From the NCBI RefSeq assembly GCF_018350175.1, contig NC_058368.1, positions 141,610,001 through 141,674,000 of the forward strand: a stretch of DNA of 64,000 bases, written 5' to 3'. How positions within the stretch are numbered: position 1 is the stretch's first letter; the number at the start of each line of letters is the position of its first letter. Source of the stretch: Felis catus. Lineage: Eukaryota. Position numbers and translations under genes: made by a program. Shown here piece after piece: positions 53,870 to 64,000 of this stretch. The notes below the pieces were generated by a model. The model was not told where the DNA came from. It made no database searches and saw only the letters and a list, made by a program, of their open reading frames with translations.

Positions 53870-54103
53870 TTTCTTTAATTTTTTTTTTAATTGGGGGGGG
53901 GTAGGAGGAGAGGGGGAGGGAGGGAGGGAGGGAGGGAGGGAGGGGAAGGGGGAAGAAGGGGAAGAGAGAGAGAAAAAATTCCAAGCAGGTTCCATGCTCA
54001 GCACACAAGCCTGATACAGGGCTCAATCCCACAACCCTAGAATCATGACCTGAGCTGAAATCAAGAGTTGGAAGCTCAAAAAACTGAGCCATCCAGGTGC
54101 CCA
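53870..54103 (-). mobile_element. CAN-SINE with an expanded (GGGA)n purine tract
   Basis: TSD CCA(A/G)GCATTTATATTCT. Confidence 0.9.
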
Positions 54104-55804
54104 CCTGCCCCCACCCAGGCATTTATATTCTAAGGGTTGTGGATTAGTTATTATTTTTTTCTTTTTTTTTTTCTGTTGTGGACTAGTTATTATTAACAAA
54201 ATTTTCCAACCTTGCTCACTACAGGTTTTCAAAATTTCCTACCAAACGAAAAATGCAATGAAGACAGAATACATTCATTCATACACTCTCTCACTCTCTC
54301 TCTCTCTCTCAAGTCAAAAGATCTTTCATTTCCACATTCAACTTATAGAATAATATAGCTTGTGTTGGGAAAACCACAGTCATGAGTGGCCTTAGCTTTC
54401 TCTCTTTCCAGCTTGAAAAGACATCTGGTTGCCAGCTGTGTAGTTCCTGAAAGTCACTGCTTGCCAAGTAGTTGGCAGAAGGTGGCAATCCTGAAGATTG
54501 CTAACCACCTGCAATCCATTTTGACACTGCCTTTGACCACTGCTTTGGAGAGCTGAATATATTACAGAGATTCCAAAAGGAGTTGGCTAAACTTCAAGGC
54601 AAAAAGTTGGCCATTTTAGCTGAACTTAACTTTAACTCAAATAAAGGGGATATGATGTGGGAGAAGAGAAGATAAAAAAGCTACTAAACCGTACAGGAAA
54701 TTTACAGGGCTATGTCCTGAACCTCTCCTAGATATTGTCCACCATACTTCTACCCATCTTTACTTTAAATGTAAGAAGTATATTTCTCTAGAGCTAGAGG
54801 AGGAAAACTACATCTATGTCTAGGCAAATATGTGTCATTCCTATTTTTCACTTTTATGTCAGTATAATTTATATATTCACTATACACACATAATGTATGT
54901 CAATATATTATATACATTATATATGAATATATATTTAATAACATGGAAATTTTACTTAACTTGTATGTTGTTTTTATGTTTGCTGTACCTAGTATATCTG
55001 TGTTATACACAGTTGTATATCAGAGGTAAAGGTATAAAACTCAGGAAGACGCCAGAGTTTTGGAAAGGTGCTTGCTTTATATATATATAAAAAAAAATCA
55101 ATACAATTTCCCCACTGATTCATGATGTAAAATTCTATAATCAAGGCTTGTAGATTTGTAATTATGGTATGTCAGCTACATTTAAACAAGAGTGTTAAAA
55201 GATTGTTAAAGTTAAACTAACACAATTGCAGTGTGAATTGTCCTAGTCTCATTCTAATCTACTGGTGTCACTTTCATTTAATCAGAGGAAAACTATGGGC
55301 CAATGTCAGTGCTATTTCCAATGCCCTAACATTCTTTGTTCACATTGGATTTTAAGCCATTACCAATCCAAAATGGTTACAAAAAGATATATTTAAGAAA
55401 GTATTTTTAATCAATTAATTCACTTACCAGTGGGCTAGTTTAGCAAACTTTATCAAAAATAGGTTTTATGTTAAATGGATGAAAACATTTTGTTTCTGCA
55501 GAAGAATTTCTTGAATTTACCATAAATCTAGTAAAAACATTTTATTTTATCAACACAAATCTTATTTGGGAACTTACAGGAGACATGTCATTGAGCTGAA
55601 ATACCATATCAACATTTAAAACATCAAGCCTGTATTTTCTTCTACTTTAGTGAAAGTAGTATTTTCTAAATCACTAACAATTCTAACAATTCTAAATCAC
55701 TAACATTTTCTAAAGTATTTTCTAAATCACTAACAATTTAAATTAATACAGAAAACTACTCTGGCAAGGACTCCTATTTATAGGACACAGTTAAGGGCTT
55801 TTTA

Positions 55805-56026
55805 AAAAAATATTTTTAATGTTTATTATTTATTTTTGAGAGAGAGAGAGGGAGTGAGTGTGAGCAGAGGAGGGGCAGAGAGAGAGGGGGACACAGAATC
55901 TGAAGAAGGCTCCAGGCTCTGAGCTGTGAGCACAGAGCCCAATGTGGGCCTCAAACCCACGAACCTCAAGATCATGACCTGAGCCTAAGTCAGATGCTTA
56001 AACTGACTGAGCTACCCAGATGCCCC
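55805..56026 (-). mobile_element. CAN-SINE
   Basis: Typical body; CAGTTAAG flanks both sides. Confidence 0.92.
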
Positions 56027-56146
56027 AGTTAAGTTTTAATTTGAGCAAGGTAAAACAATGGATTCACAGTTGTAATAGCAAATAGTTTCCACATAAATCA
56101 TGGCACACACATAACAGTGCTATGTTAGTTAGTTACACAAGAGGCA

Positions 56147-56256
56147 CTAATCCAAATCATCCTGGTTTGCCTGAGATTTTCCCACTATTAGCACCAAAGG
56201 GTCTACATCTTGGACACCCCTTAGTCCCAGGTAAACTGGGACAACCGATGCTACCA
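56147..56256. mobile_element. MER81-like hAT-Blackjack MITE
   Basis: CATCCTGGTTTGCCTGAGA...TTAGCACC...TAGTCCCAGGTAAACTGGGAC, a palindromic ~110-bp element. Confidence 0.7.
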
Positions 56257-57204
56257 AGACATCAAGAAAAGGGAAGAGGAAGGGGGAACTTTCAGTTCTG
56301 CACTGGAGAAAAAGAAAATTGGAGTGGTATCTGGTAACTCCCTGCTAGGGCTGCTAGATTAGCTGTGGCCCAATAACAGATACCAGTAGGTCGAGCAATC
56401 CACCTGAAACATGAATCTGTACCTTTAAAATGCTCCTGCCAGACTCAAACCTAACGAGTCACATGTGAACAAAGGCTGCTGCTGCTCCAAGAAACTGCAT
56501 GCATCTCTCACAGCCAGAATTAGCTCTGGAAAAACAATCCTGTTACTTGGAAGGGAATATTTAGGGATTCCTCAAGTCAGAGGTTCAGTACCAAGTTAGG
56601 CTCATTGCCGTCTCTTACCTTACAAGCCATTCCTAGTAACTGGACTCTTTCCTTGTTCACAGGGATCTAACCTCTCTTTTAAAATCTATCTCTAGCAATC
56701 AGAACCTTTCCGTTTGTTACCATGAGAGATAACAAAGTTTCTTCAGGTCTAGGGTACTGTGAGTGTTCTGCCTGTTTCCTTAGGGCTAAACGAATGCCCT
56801 TGAAACTTGCTTCTAGTTTCCTAATGTGGCTGCCATCTCTAGACCGCCGTCACCATTTGGCCAACATGCTGAAACTCACAGTTTTCATTTATTGATCTCT
56901 CTGTTGCCAAATACCACCATCTACTTATTGCCTATTTCCATAATCTCATAACATTCCACCTCCCTACTCAGATTTCTTCCTAAAACCCACTACAGGGAAC
57001 TTTTGGATCACCTGAAGTAATCCAGCACATTGATTACAGACACTAAACTAAGGATCCACCCTCCCTAGGCCAGTCCACCCAAACTGAACTCTAGGACTAA
57101 TACCTAGAATATAATTCTAATGGCTCTCAATTCCTGGAGAAAAAACTGAAGGAATTGGGAGACATGAATGACTTTAAATGTCTTCTTTCAAATAAAAGTT
57201 GTCA

Positions 57205-58068
57205 TTTTTTTTTAATGTTTTTTTTTTTGTTTTTTTTTTTTTTTTTTTTGAGACAGAGCATGAGCAAGGGAGGGGCAGAGAGAGAGGGAAACACAGATTC
57301 TGAAGCAGGCTCCAGGCTCTGAGCTGTCAGCACAGAGCCTGACACAGGGCTCAAACTCATCAACCTCGAGATCATGACCTGAGCTGAAGTCAGGCACTCA
57401 ACCCACTGAGCCACCCAGGCACCCCTAAAAGTTGTCATTTCTGAAGAGAAACGAGTCTATGAGCAATAAGCATCTCACTAGAAAAAAGGTGCTGGAAAAG
57501 AAAATGGTTTTTAGACCACTGCTTTAAGAAACCAGTGAACAGGGGCGCCGGGGTGGCTCAGTAGGTTAAGCCTCCAACTTTGGCTCAGGTCATGATCTCA
57601 GGGTCTGTGACTTTGAGCCCCAGGCTCTCTGCCATCAGCACAAAGCCCGCTTCAGATCCTCAGTCCTCTTCTCTCTACCCCTCCCCAGCCTGCGCACAAG
57701 CGCACACTCTCAAAAATAGTTTAAAAAAGAAAGAAAAGAAAGAAAGAAACCAATGAACCAAATCCTACTCACAAAACCAAGAACATATCCAAATCATGAA
57801 ACTAATCAAGTCTTTGAAACTAAATTTAAAGAGAGAAATGCATACCTCTTATGACTTTTTTTTTTTTTTTAAGTTTATTTACTTTGACAGCAAGCAGAGC
57901 ATGCAAGCAGGGAATGGACAGAGAGAGGGAGTGAGAGAGAATGCCAAGCAGGCTCTGCACTGTCAGCACGGAGCCGAAGGCAGGGCTTGAACTCACAAAT
58001 CGTGAGATCACAACCTGAGCTAAAATTAAGAGTTGGACACTTAACCAACTGAGCCACCCAGGCACCCC
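57205..58068. mobile_element. Three CAN-SINEs in alternating orientation (57205-57425 -, 57542-57745 +, 57857-58068 -)
   Basis: TSDs TAAAAGTTGTCATTT and AAGAAACCA(G/A)TGAAC are visible. Confidence 0.92.
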
Positions 58069-59149
58069 TTACGAAAAATTTAAATATACATAGAGAAGAA
58101 CATAAAGAAGCCCATGATCATTCAGCCACCAATTATTAATATGTTGCTGTATCTGGATTATCTACTTTTTTCTTTACTGAAGTAAAATGTAGAATTTAAA
58201 AAATAGAACACTAAGACAAAAGATGGAAAGAGTCACAGAAAAATAATTTTCTGGCAAAAAAATAACAGAAGAGAGATCAGGAACAACATTTATGGATTTG
58301 GATGGTTGTCTACCAAGGTAAAATATGAGTAACGAACAATCAGAAGTTACAGGTTTTTTTAAAAGAACGTATCTCCTTTCAGTAGGAAAGGGTAGCTCAT
58401 TAGAAAATCCATGGGAAAAAAATGCATGATAGACATTTCCGTTAATTTATAAACAATCTGAGTAAATATGTACATTTTAAGTAAAAAGTAAATTATGAAG
58501 GAGTTCCAAAAAAATGATAAATTTTTTGTACTGAAGTACAAGGAATCAAAATTAAAGTTTGATAATGCTCTACTAGTGAAATAAACTGAAAACCAAACCT
58601 TATTTCCAAGCAGTTTCCTTAAGTATTTGGCAATTTTTGAGAGCCTAAAAACTGAGCTTATTATCTAAATGGGTGTATTTTCTCTAGAGTATGTATTATA
58701 AGCATATAACTACTTGAACTAACTTTACAAACTAGTATGGATCGTTAGGGTAAGAAATGACAAGGCGATATAGGTAATTAACCGAAAACTACCTCTAGGA
58801 GTCCTTTCTCCTGACGCTTGGCCTAAAGAACTCTCCATTATACCCTGGTAATTCTGCCAAATAGATTTACTAAAACGACCTAACAAATCTGGCAAAAATG
58901 AACAACGGAAGGTGAGTGATAGTGCAAATTATTTACACTTTCAATTATACATGTCAGTTCTCCTATTTCACACATTTAAAAAAATACTCTGTTTTAGAGC
59001 ACTGTAGCTTTGGTTGTAGATCAGAAACTTTTCCCTGTTCTGTTTCCCTGCTTCTTTTCCGTGTTCTGCCATTAAGCAGCACACATTCAGTTTTTCCATT
59101 TTAACTTCACTAAACCTCAGCTTCTCACTTCTCAAACAGGAACACACAC

Positions 59150-59370
59150 AATACTATTAGTTAACATTTAGCAGCCACTGGCTACTTGCCGCATGCTGTG
59201 TTAGAACAGCACAGCAGGTGTGGGTACTAACTCCATTTTACAGATGAGGAGACCGAGGCACGGTGCAACGTCATGGATTCAACAATAGGCAACAACCGGC
59301 AGAATCCAGATCTGAACCCAAGCTCTCTTACCTGAGCAAAGGCTGTGCATTTAACTACTACTCACACTAC
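59150..59370. mobile_element. MIR
   Basis: ctccattttacagatgaggagaccgaggcac MIR core. Confidence 0.8.
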
Positions 59371-60384
59371 CTTCTTACTGCCTTGACAGTAAAGCTTCTA
59401 GGAAAGTACCGTGCAAAACTGTGCTAAGCCTCAGAGGCAAGGCACCTATTTAAGTGAATTTAGCCTTCCTTTTGCCTTGCCCTTCCTCTGGTGCCAATAA
59501 CAAAGGGAGGAGAAGCGGGCGGAGAGGAAGAAGCCAGAAGGCTAGGAGTAGACGTTTGTTTCTGCTGCAAAATAAGCTGCTACTTCAGCGGGCTGTTCAT
59601 CTTTTCTCTGGGAAGGCCTCATCAAAAAGGCTGGTGTCCCTGGGTCTGAACCGTGAAGGTCTAAGAAGCACTGAAGGGTCTAACAGCACTCAGCGCTACG
59701 CGCCAATTACAGGACTGGCCTGCCCTGCCCGGGCGAGTTATTTAAACCGCATCCACGGGCTCTGGGCGAGCTTCGGGGAAGCCGACGGGGGAGAGTCAGG
59801 CCGCAGAAGTTTGAGGACTGTACTGGAAGTTCACGTCCCAGTGCTCAGAGGCTCCGAGTCCCGCCCTCCGGGTCACAGGGCCCCAACAAGGCCTCATCTT
59901 TTGATGAGGGCTGGGCTCTCGGCGTCGCCTCTCAACTTCAGAAGGGGCTTGCGGGTCCACCTGAGGGCAGGCAATGGACTGAATCCGCCTGCCTCCAGTC
60001 AACTCGGGCAGGGAGACCCGCGCGGTGACCCAAACCGGCGCCCCCTCCGGCTGCGGGGCGCCGCCCCTCCACCCCCCTCGCGGCCGCTCCCAGGGCTCCC
60101 CCACCGCGGGCTCCCGAGGGGCGGGTCCGCGCCGACCCTAGTCGCCCAACGGTTCGGTTCTGGAGGAGAAAGGCAGGGGGAGGGGCGTGTCCCGGCTCGC
60201 GGGCTCCGGCACTGACGCGTCCCCGCCGCGTCCTGGCCCCGGCCCCGGCCCCGCCGGCCGCGGAGCCCCAGGTGAGGCCTGGAGCCGGGAGCCCGCCTCA
60301 GGCCTGCGCTCCGCCCGGCCTCTCGGGCCGCCATGAGGCGAAGGAGAGGAGGCGCTGACGTGTGCGCCGCTCGCGGCCCCTTAC

Positions 60385-60437
60385 CGCTTCACTACGCCGG
60401 TTTTGATCTTGATCTGTCTCACGCGAGGATCGGCCAT
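60385..60437 (-). CDS. TBCA: Tubulin folding cofactor A, coding part of exon 1 (53 nt, phase-2 intron follows)
   Basis: Reverse complement reads ATGGCCGATCCTCGCGTGAGACAGATCAAGATCAAAACCGGCGTAGTGAAGCG|GTAAGG = MADPRVRQIKIKTGVVK(R), the mammalian TBCA N-terminus. Strong Kozak context (GGGATCATGG), canonical donor, inside a CpG island. Confidence 0.97.
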
Positions 60438-60541
60438 GATCCCTCGAGCGCCGCGGCAAGGAGGGGTGGAGAGCCGGCGTAACCGTGGAGGAAGACGGCG
60501 CGGAGGAGGCGGTAGTATCGGCGTAGTGGACGCGGCCTGGC

Positions 60542-60552
60542 GCGCATGCGCA
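60542..60552. promoter_or_regulatory. NRF1 binding motif
   Basis: GCGCATGCGCA about 105 bp upstream of the TBCA ATG; matches the NRF1 palindromic consensus. Confidence 0.75.
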
Positions 60553-60587
60553 GACTCCGGCGCGGCCCTGCCCCCGGGCTACACCGA

Positions 60588-60596
60588 GGGGCGGGG
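60588..60596. promoter_or_regulatory. GC box (SP/KLF)
   Basis: GGGGCGGGG upstream of the NRF1 site. Confidence 0.65.
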
Positions 60597-61712
60597 TCGG
60601 GGGGTAGCGGGCCCGGGCCGGTCGCTCCTCTTACCTGCTGTCACCCGCCTCCACCCACTTTCCCCCTCGTGGAACCCGCCCTCCCCTGCTCTCGTCTGGC
60701 TCGGACAGCCTTCCTTTTAGTGTGTGAACAGTCCTTCTTTTAGTTTGGACACAAGTTACACTTTTCCCGGTGTCCACAGCCTGGGCGTTGTGGGAAACTT
60801 CAGTATCCCCCCAGGTAGATTGGTTTGGCTATAACATTGCTTTGCGAAATTATACGTTTAATGTATGGAATGACCTAAAAATTATTTTAAAGATATTTTC
60901 GGTGTCATTATCTTGTGTCAAATGGGGTAATGTATGTTTAATGAAATAAACTACTGTCATGCACGCAGTCGAGAAAATCTTGGCCCTCTACGTCAGATCT
61001 TTGCAAAACATGTTTGTAGGTATGTACCTCACAGAAGCAATGGCTCTAGAACTTATCAAATAATCATCACTTGTGTATCTTAAATATTCAACTTTCAAAA
61101 ATGTGTGCGGCATAGAAAAGCTCGAGCTTCGTGATCAGACAAACCAAGTGACTTTGGAGGTTCCACCGTATAATTGATGACACGGGGCACATAGGCCACT
61201 TAATCTCGCTGCTGAGCCCCATTGCCTTGTATGCAAAATGGTAGTGATGCCCACTTTACAGGGTAGATACTCAGATTAAATCTCAGTACCTGACGCATAG
61301 TGGATGCTTAACAACTTTTGACTCTTGTTTTATACTTACAAATAACATGTCTGTTGCATAAAATGAGATGCACCTCCATTCGGCCTCTTTCTGATGGAGT
61401 CTCCCAAGGAATGCAGGGCAAAGCCTCCTTTGTTTTCTTATTTCTTGGTATCATCCTTCAAAGACATCTACCTGATTGTCTTTTCTGTTCCCTACACTTT
61501 TTTTCCTCATTCTGGCTTTTCTGGCTAGGTCTGGAATACTCTTCTACCTTGCTAGTCCAAGACCCTTAGATTAAATCCAAGATCAAATCCCACCTTCTGG
61601 AGAAAGTCTACCATGACTGACCCCTGCCTGCTCAATGCTGCCTGAATGCATTTGAATCACCCAATATTATATTTTATTTTTGGTATGTTTCTTTAACAAA
61701 ACGATTGTTTGA

Positions 61713-62220
61713 GGGATGCCTGGGTGGCTCACTCAGCTGAGCGTCTGCCTCTTCATTTTTCCTCAGATCATGATGCCAGGGTCGTGGGATTGAGCCCTAC
61801 ATCAGGCTCTGTGCTGAGCATGGAGCCTGCTTAAGATTCTCTCTCTCTCCTCCTCTGCCCATCTCCCCTATTTGCACACACTCTTTCTCTGTCTGTTGCT
61901 GTCTCAAAAACAAACAAACAAACAAACAAAAACCCTATTGTTTTAGTACTTCATGAAGTTGTGCTTACTCTCCTAGTTGGATTAAAAGTATTTTCAAAAA
62001 TTTTTTAATGTTTATTTTAGAGAGAGAGAGCGCGCGCGCGCGCGCGCGCGCGCGCGTGAGTGGGGGAGGGGCAGAGAGAGAGGGAGACACAGAATCAGAA
62101 GCATGCTCCAGGCTCTGAGCTGTCAGCACAGAGCCTGACTCAGGGCTGGAACCCACGAACCGTGAGATCATGACCTGAGTGGAAGTTGGATGCTTAACTG
62201 ACTCAGCCACCCAGGCACCC
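61713..62220. mobile_element. Two tail-to-tail CAN-SINEs (61713-61932 +, 61998-62220 -)
   Basis: Heads and tails visible; the second carries a (CG)13 tract. Confidence 0.92.
62031..62056. repeat. (CG)13 perfect dinucleotide repeat
   Basis: Read directly, following (AG)n. Confidence 0.97.
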
Positions 62221-62979
62221 TTAAAGTATCTTTAGATGCAAATAAATAAATCCTTCAGTAAATCCTCCTCCTCTACCTCTACCTGGGTTCTATACACAGT
62301 GGATGCTAAATGCAATAAATACTATCATCTGACTGGCTGGCACACTGAAATACAATTTCAAGTGACACAGCAAAACTATGAAATACTGGGGGGAGGGGTG
62401 GGGAAAGAGGTTCAAAACAAAACAAAAAACCAACAGACTCACCAAAGCAAAATGCTACAGTTAGAAATCCAGTAGATCATTAGTATAAAGCTACTGGGAG
62501 GTCCTTTAAGGCAAAGAAACAACAGCAGCTGAACCCACCCACCAAAAGATTATGCAGCGAGGGCTCTTGCTACTGTCAAGGATCTTCATTCAGGCAATAA
62601 AAGCCAATGTAAGTCTTCATAATCTCCCTTTTGCCTTGGTTTTGTGCTGATTTGCAGGAGTTCCCCTCAGCCTAGGTTTTCTGGTGTAAACACCTATCTT
62701 TTCCAACCCCCAACTCTATCTCTACCCTTTTGTCCTTTTTTTTCTTTGTTTTAATGATCTTGTATCTGTGACTTTACTGTAAACCAGTAATTAATATAAC
62801 GCAAAGACCTCTGCTGCTGCTGCTGCTGCTGTGTGTATCCAGGCTCTCAAGGACAGTGTGTGTTTATCTGTGTCTGTACTATATTGTACACTTGAAGCTA
62901 TGGATTAAGATCATGGAGTTTGGTCCCACCCTTAAGGATTGGGAATCAGGTGAAAGTGTTCCCAGTGTCAGGAGTTGAC

Positions 62980-63230
62980 ACTGGTGGTAAAGAGCATGAA
63001 CTGGGCCAGACTGTCTAAGGTCACATCCTAGCTCTATTTCTTACTCATTTTGCAAAATTGGACAAGTTACTAATCTCTCTACATCCCAGTTTTTTCCTCT
63101 GTAAAATGTGGGTGATAATAATACCCACCTCATCAGGTTGTTACAAAACTTAAATAAGTTAATATTTGTAAATTGCTGAGGAGAGTGCTGGTAATTATTA
63201 AGCGCCATACAAAGCGTTCATTAAATAGAT
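62980..63230. mobile_element. MIR
   Basis: ggacaagttactaatctctct...tttttcctctgtaaaatgtgggtgataataatacccacctc MIR core. Confidence 0.8.
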
Positions 63231-64000
63231 CAGTCATCTGGGAAAGAGGTCCTAAACAGGAAACGAAGAACACAGTAGGATGCATATTCATTTGACTATA
63301 GAAATGTCAATTCATGAGATCACACAAAATTCATGTTTGACTGTCAACTCCCTATAAAAAGGACCCATGTTCCACTTATTCATCACTATATCCCAACAGA
63401 TAGCAATGCCTGGCACATAGTTGGTACTCGATAAATATTTCTTGAATGAATAAATGCTGCTTTAAAACTTTTTTCCCATTTAACAGTATGTCAGGGAACT
63501 TGCCCATTCCAGAATGGACTGCTAAAATAATCTGAAACATCCCCTCCCTCACACATACACCATTTTTCTCTGGGCCTTGTTCCTTTGGGTCTGGACTTTG
63601 AGGAAGTAGACTGACAGGTCACTTCTTGTTAGTGTAAGAGAGTACTAACCACAGGAGCCCTGCAGGACCATGCCCTAGGGCATTTGAAATACAAATTATG
63701 TAACCTGTATTTCTCACTGTTTGGCACCCTTTTGTTTTATTATCCCTAAACTTTAATTGAGTTCTTTTTAAATTTTCCAGCCTGGGACTTAGATGAACTA
63801 TGGGAATGAATCTGTAGCGCGACTCTGTAAGGGATACATTTATGAACATTTGAGATTGAGGGCTGAAAAGATCCCCAGGACTTGGGGGAATCTTTCAGAA
63901 CAAGGGGAAAGCATAGTTCTCTCCTCCCTGAGTGGCAATTCTTCCATTGCTACTCTTGAAGAATTGCAGTAATATTTTTACTAAAGAACACTGCTAAGGG

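Larger units (their letters stand above)
1..60384 (-). other. TBCA: TBCA intron 1 (partial, >60 kb, runs off the left edge)
   Basis: Begins at donor GTAAGG (60384-60379). No sequence encoding the expected exon 2 (LVKEKVMYEKEAKQQEEK...) was seen on reading the minus strand. Confidence 0.85.
59690..60720. promoter_or_regulatory. TBCA: CpG island / TATA-less housekeeping promoter of TBCA
   Basis: Abrupt very GC- and CpG-rich block spanning exon 1, in otherwise AT-rich, CpG-depleted DNA. Confidence 0.95.

Noticed and set aside
59454..60215. 253-aa + strand ORF, and other ORFs at 59796-60743
   Set aside because: Arg/Pro/Gly-rich, non-ATG start, no recognisable domain. Long ORFs are expected in stop-poor CpG-island DNA.
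60327..60335. GCCGCCATG on the + strand (Kozak/YY1-like)
   Set aside because: Antisense to TBCA, followed by a stop within about eight codons, and an incomplete YY1 match.
1..64000. CRISPR arrays, operons, rRNA, prokaryotic or viral coding systems
   Set aside because: No regularly spaced repeat-spacer structure, gene-dense segment or compositional island other than the CpG island; the sequence is ordinary eukaryotic intronic DNA.

Overview
Mammalian nuclear DNA, almost certainly felid: it carries about 34 tRNA-derived CAN-SINEs of the cat SINEC_Fc type plus carnivore L1 fragments. The only intact coding sequence I can support is exon 1 of TBCA (tubulin folding cofactor A; MADPRVRQIKIKTGVVK[R]) on the minus strand at 60437-60385, inside a CpG-island promoter. 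Everything from 60384 down to base 1 is TBCA intron 1; I did not find exon 2 in the window. The intron holds a decayed RPL37 processed pseudogene, SINE/L1/L2/MIR/LTR/DNA-transposon relics and microsatellites. Almost all ORFs in the supplied track are repeat or chance ORFs. I see no convincing new multi-gene system. The best leads are: a CpG-retaining, homeodomain-palindrome-rich block (~21.2-21.95 kb) inside a ~10 kb SINE desert, a candidate long-range enhancer for the neighbouring OTP gene; a possible 5'UTR-CDS RNA pairing in TBCA exon 1; a (CG)13 Z-DNA tract upstream of the promoter; and several clear scars of unusual retrotransposition or templated repair. Repeat family names come from recalled consensus sequences, not database searches, and repeat boundaries are approximate.
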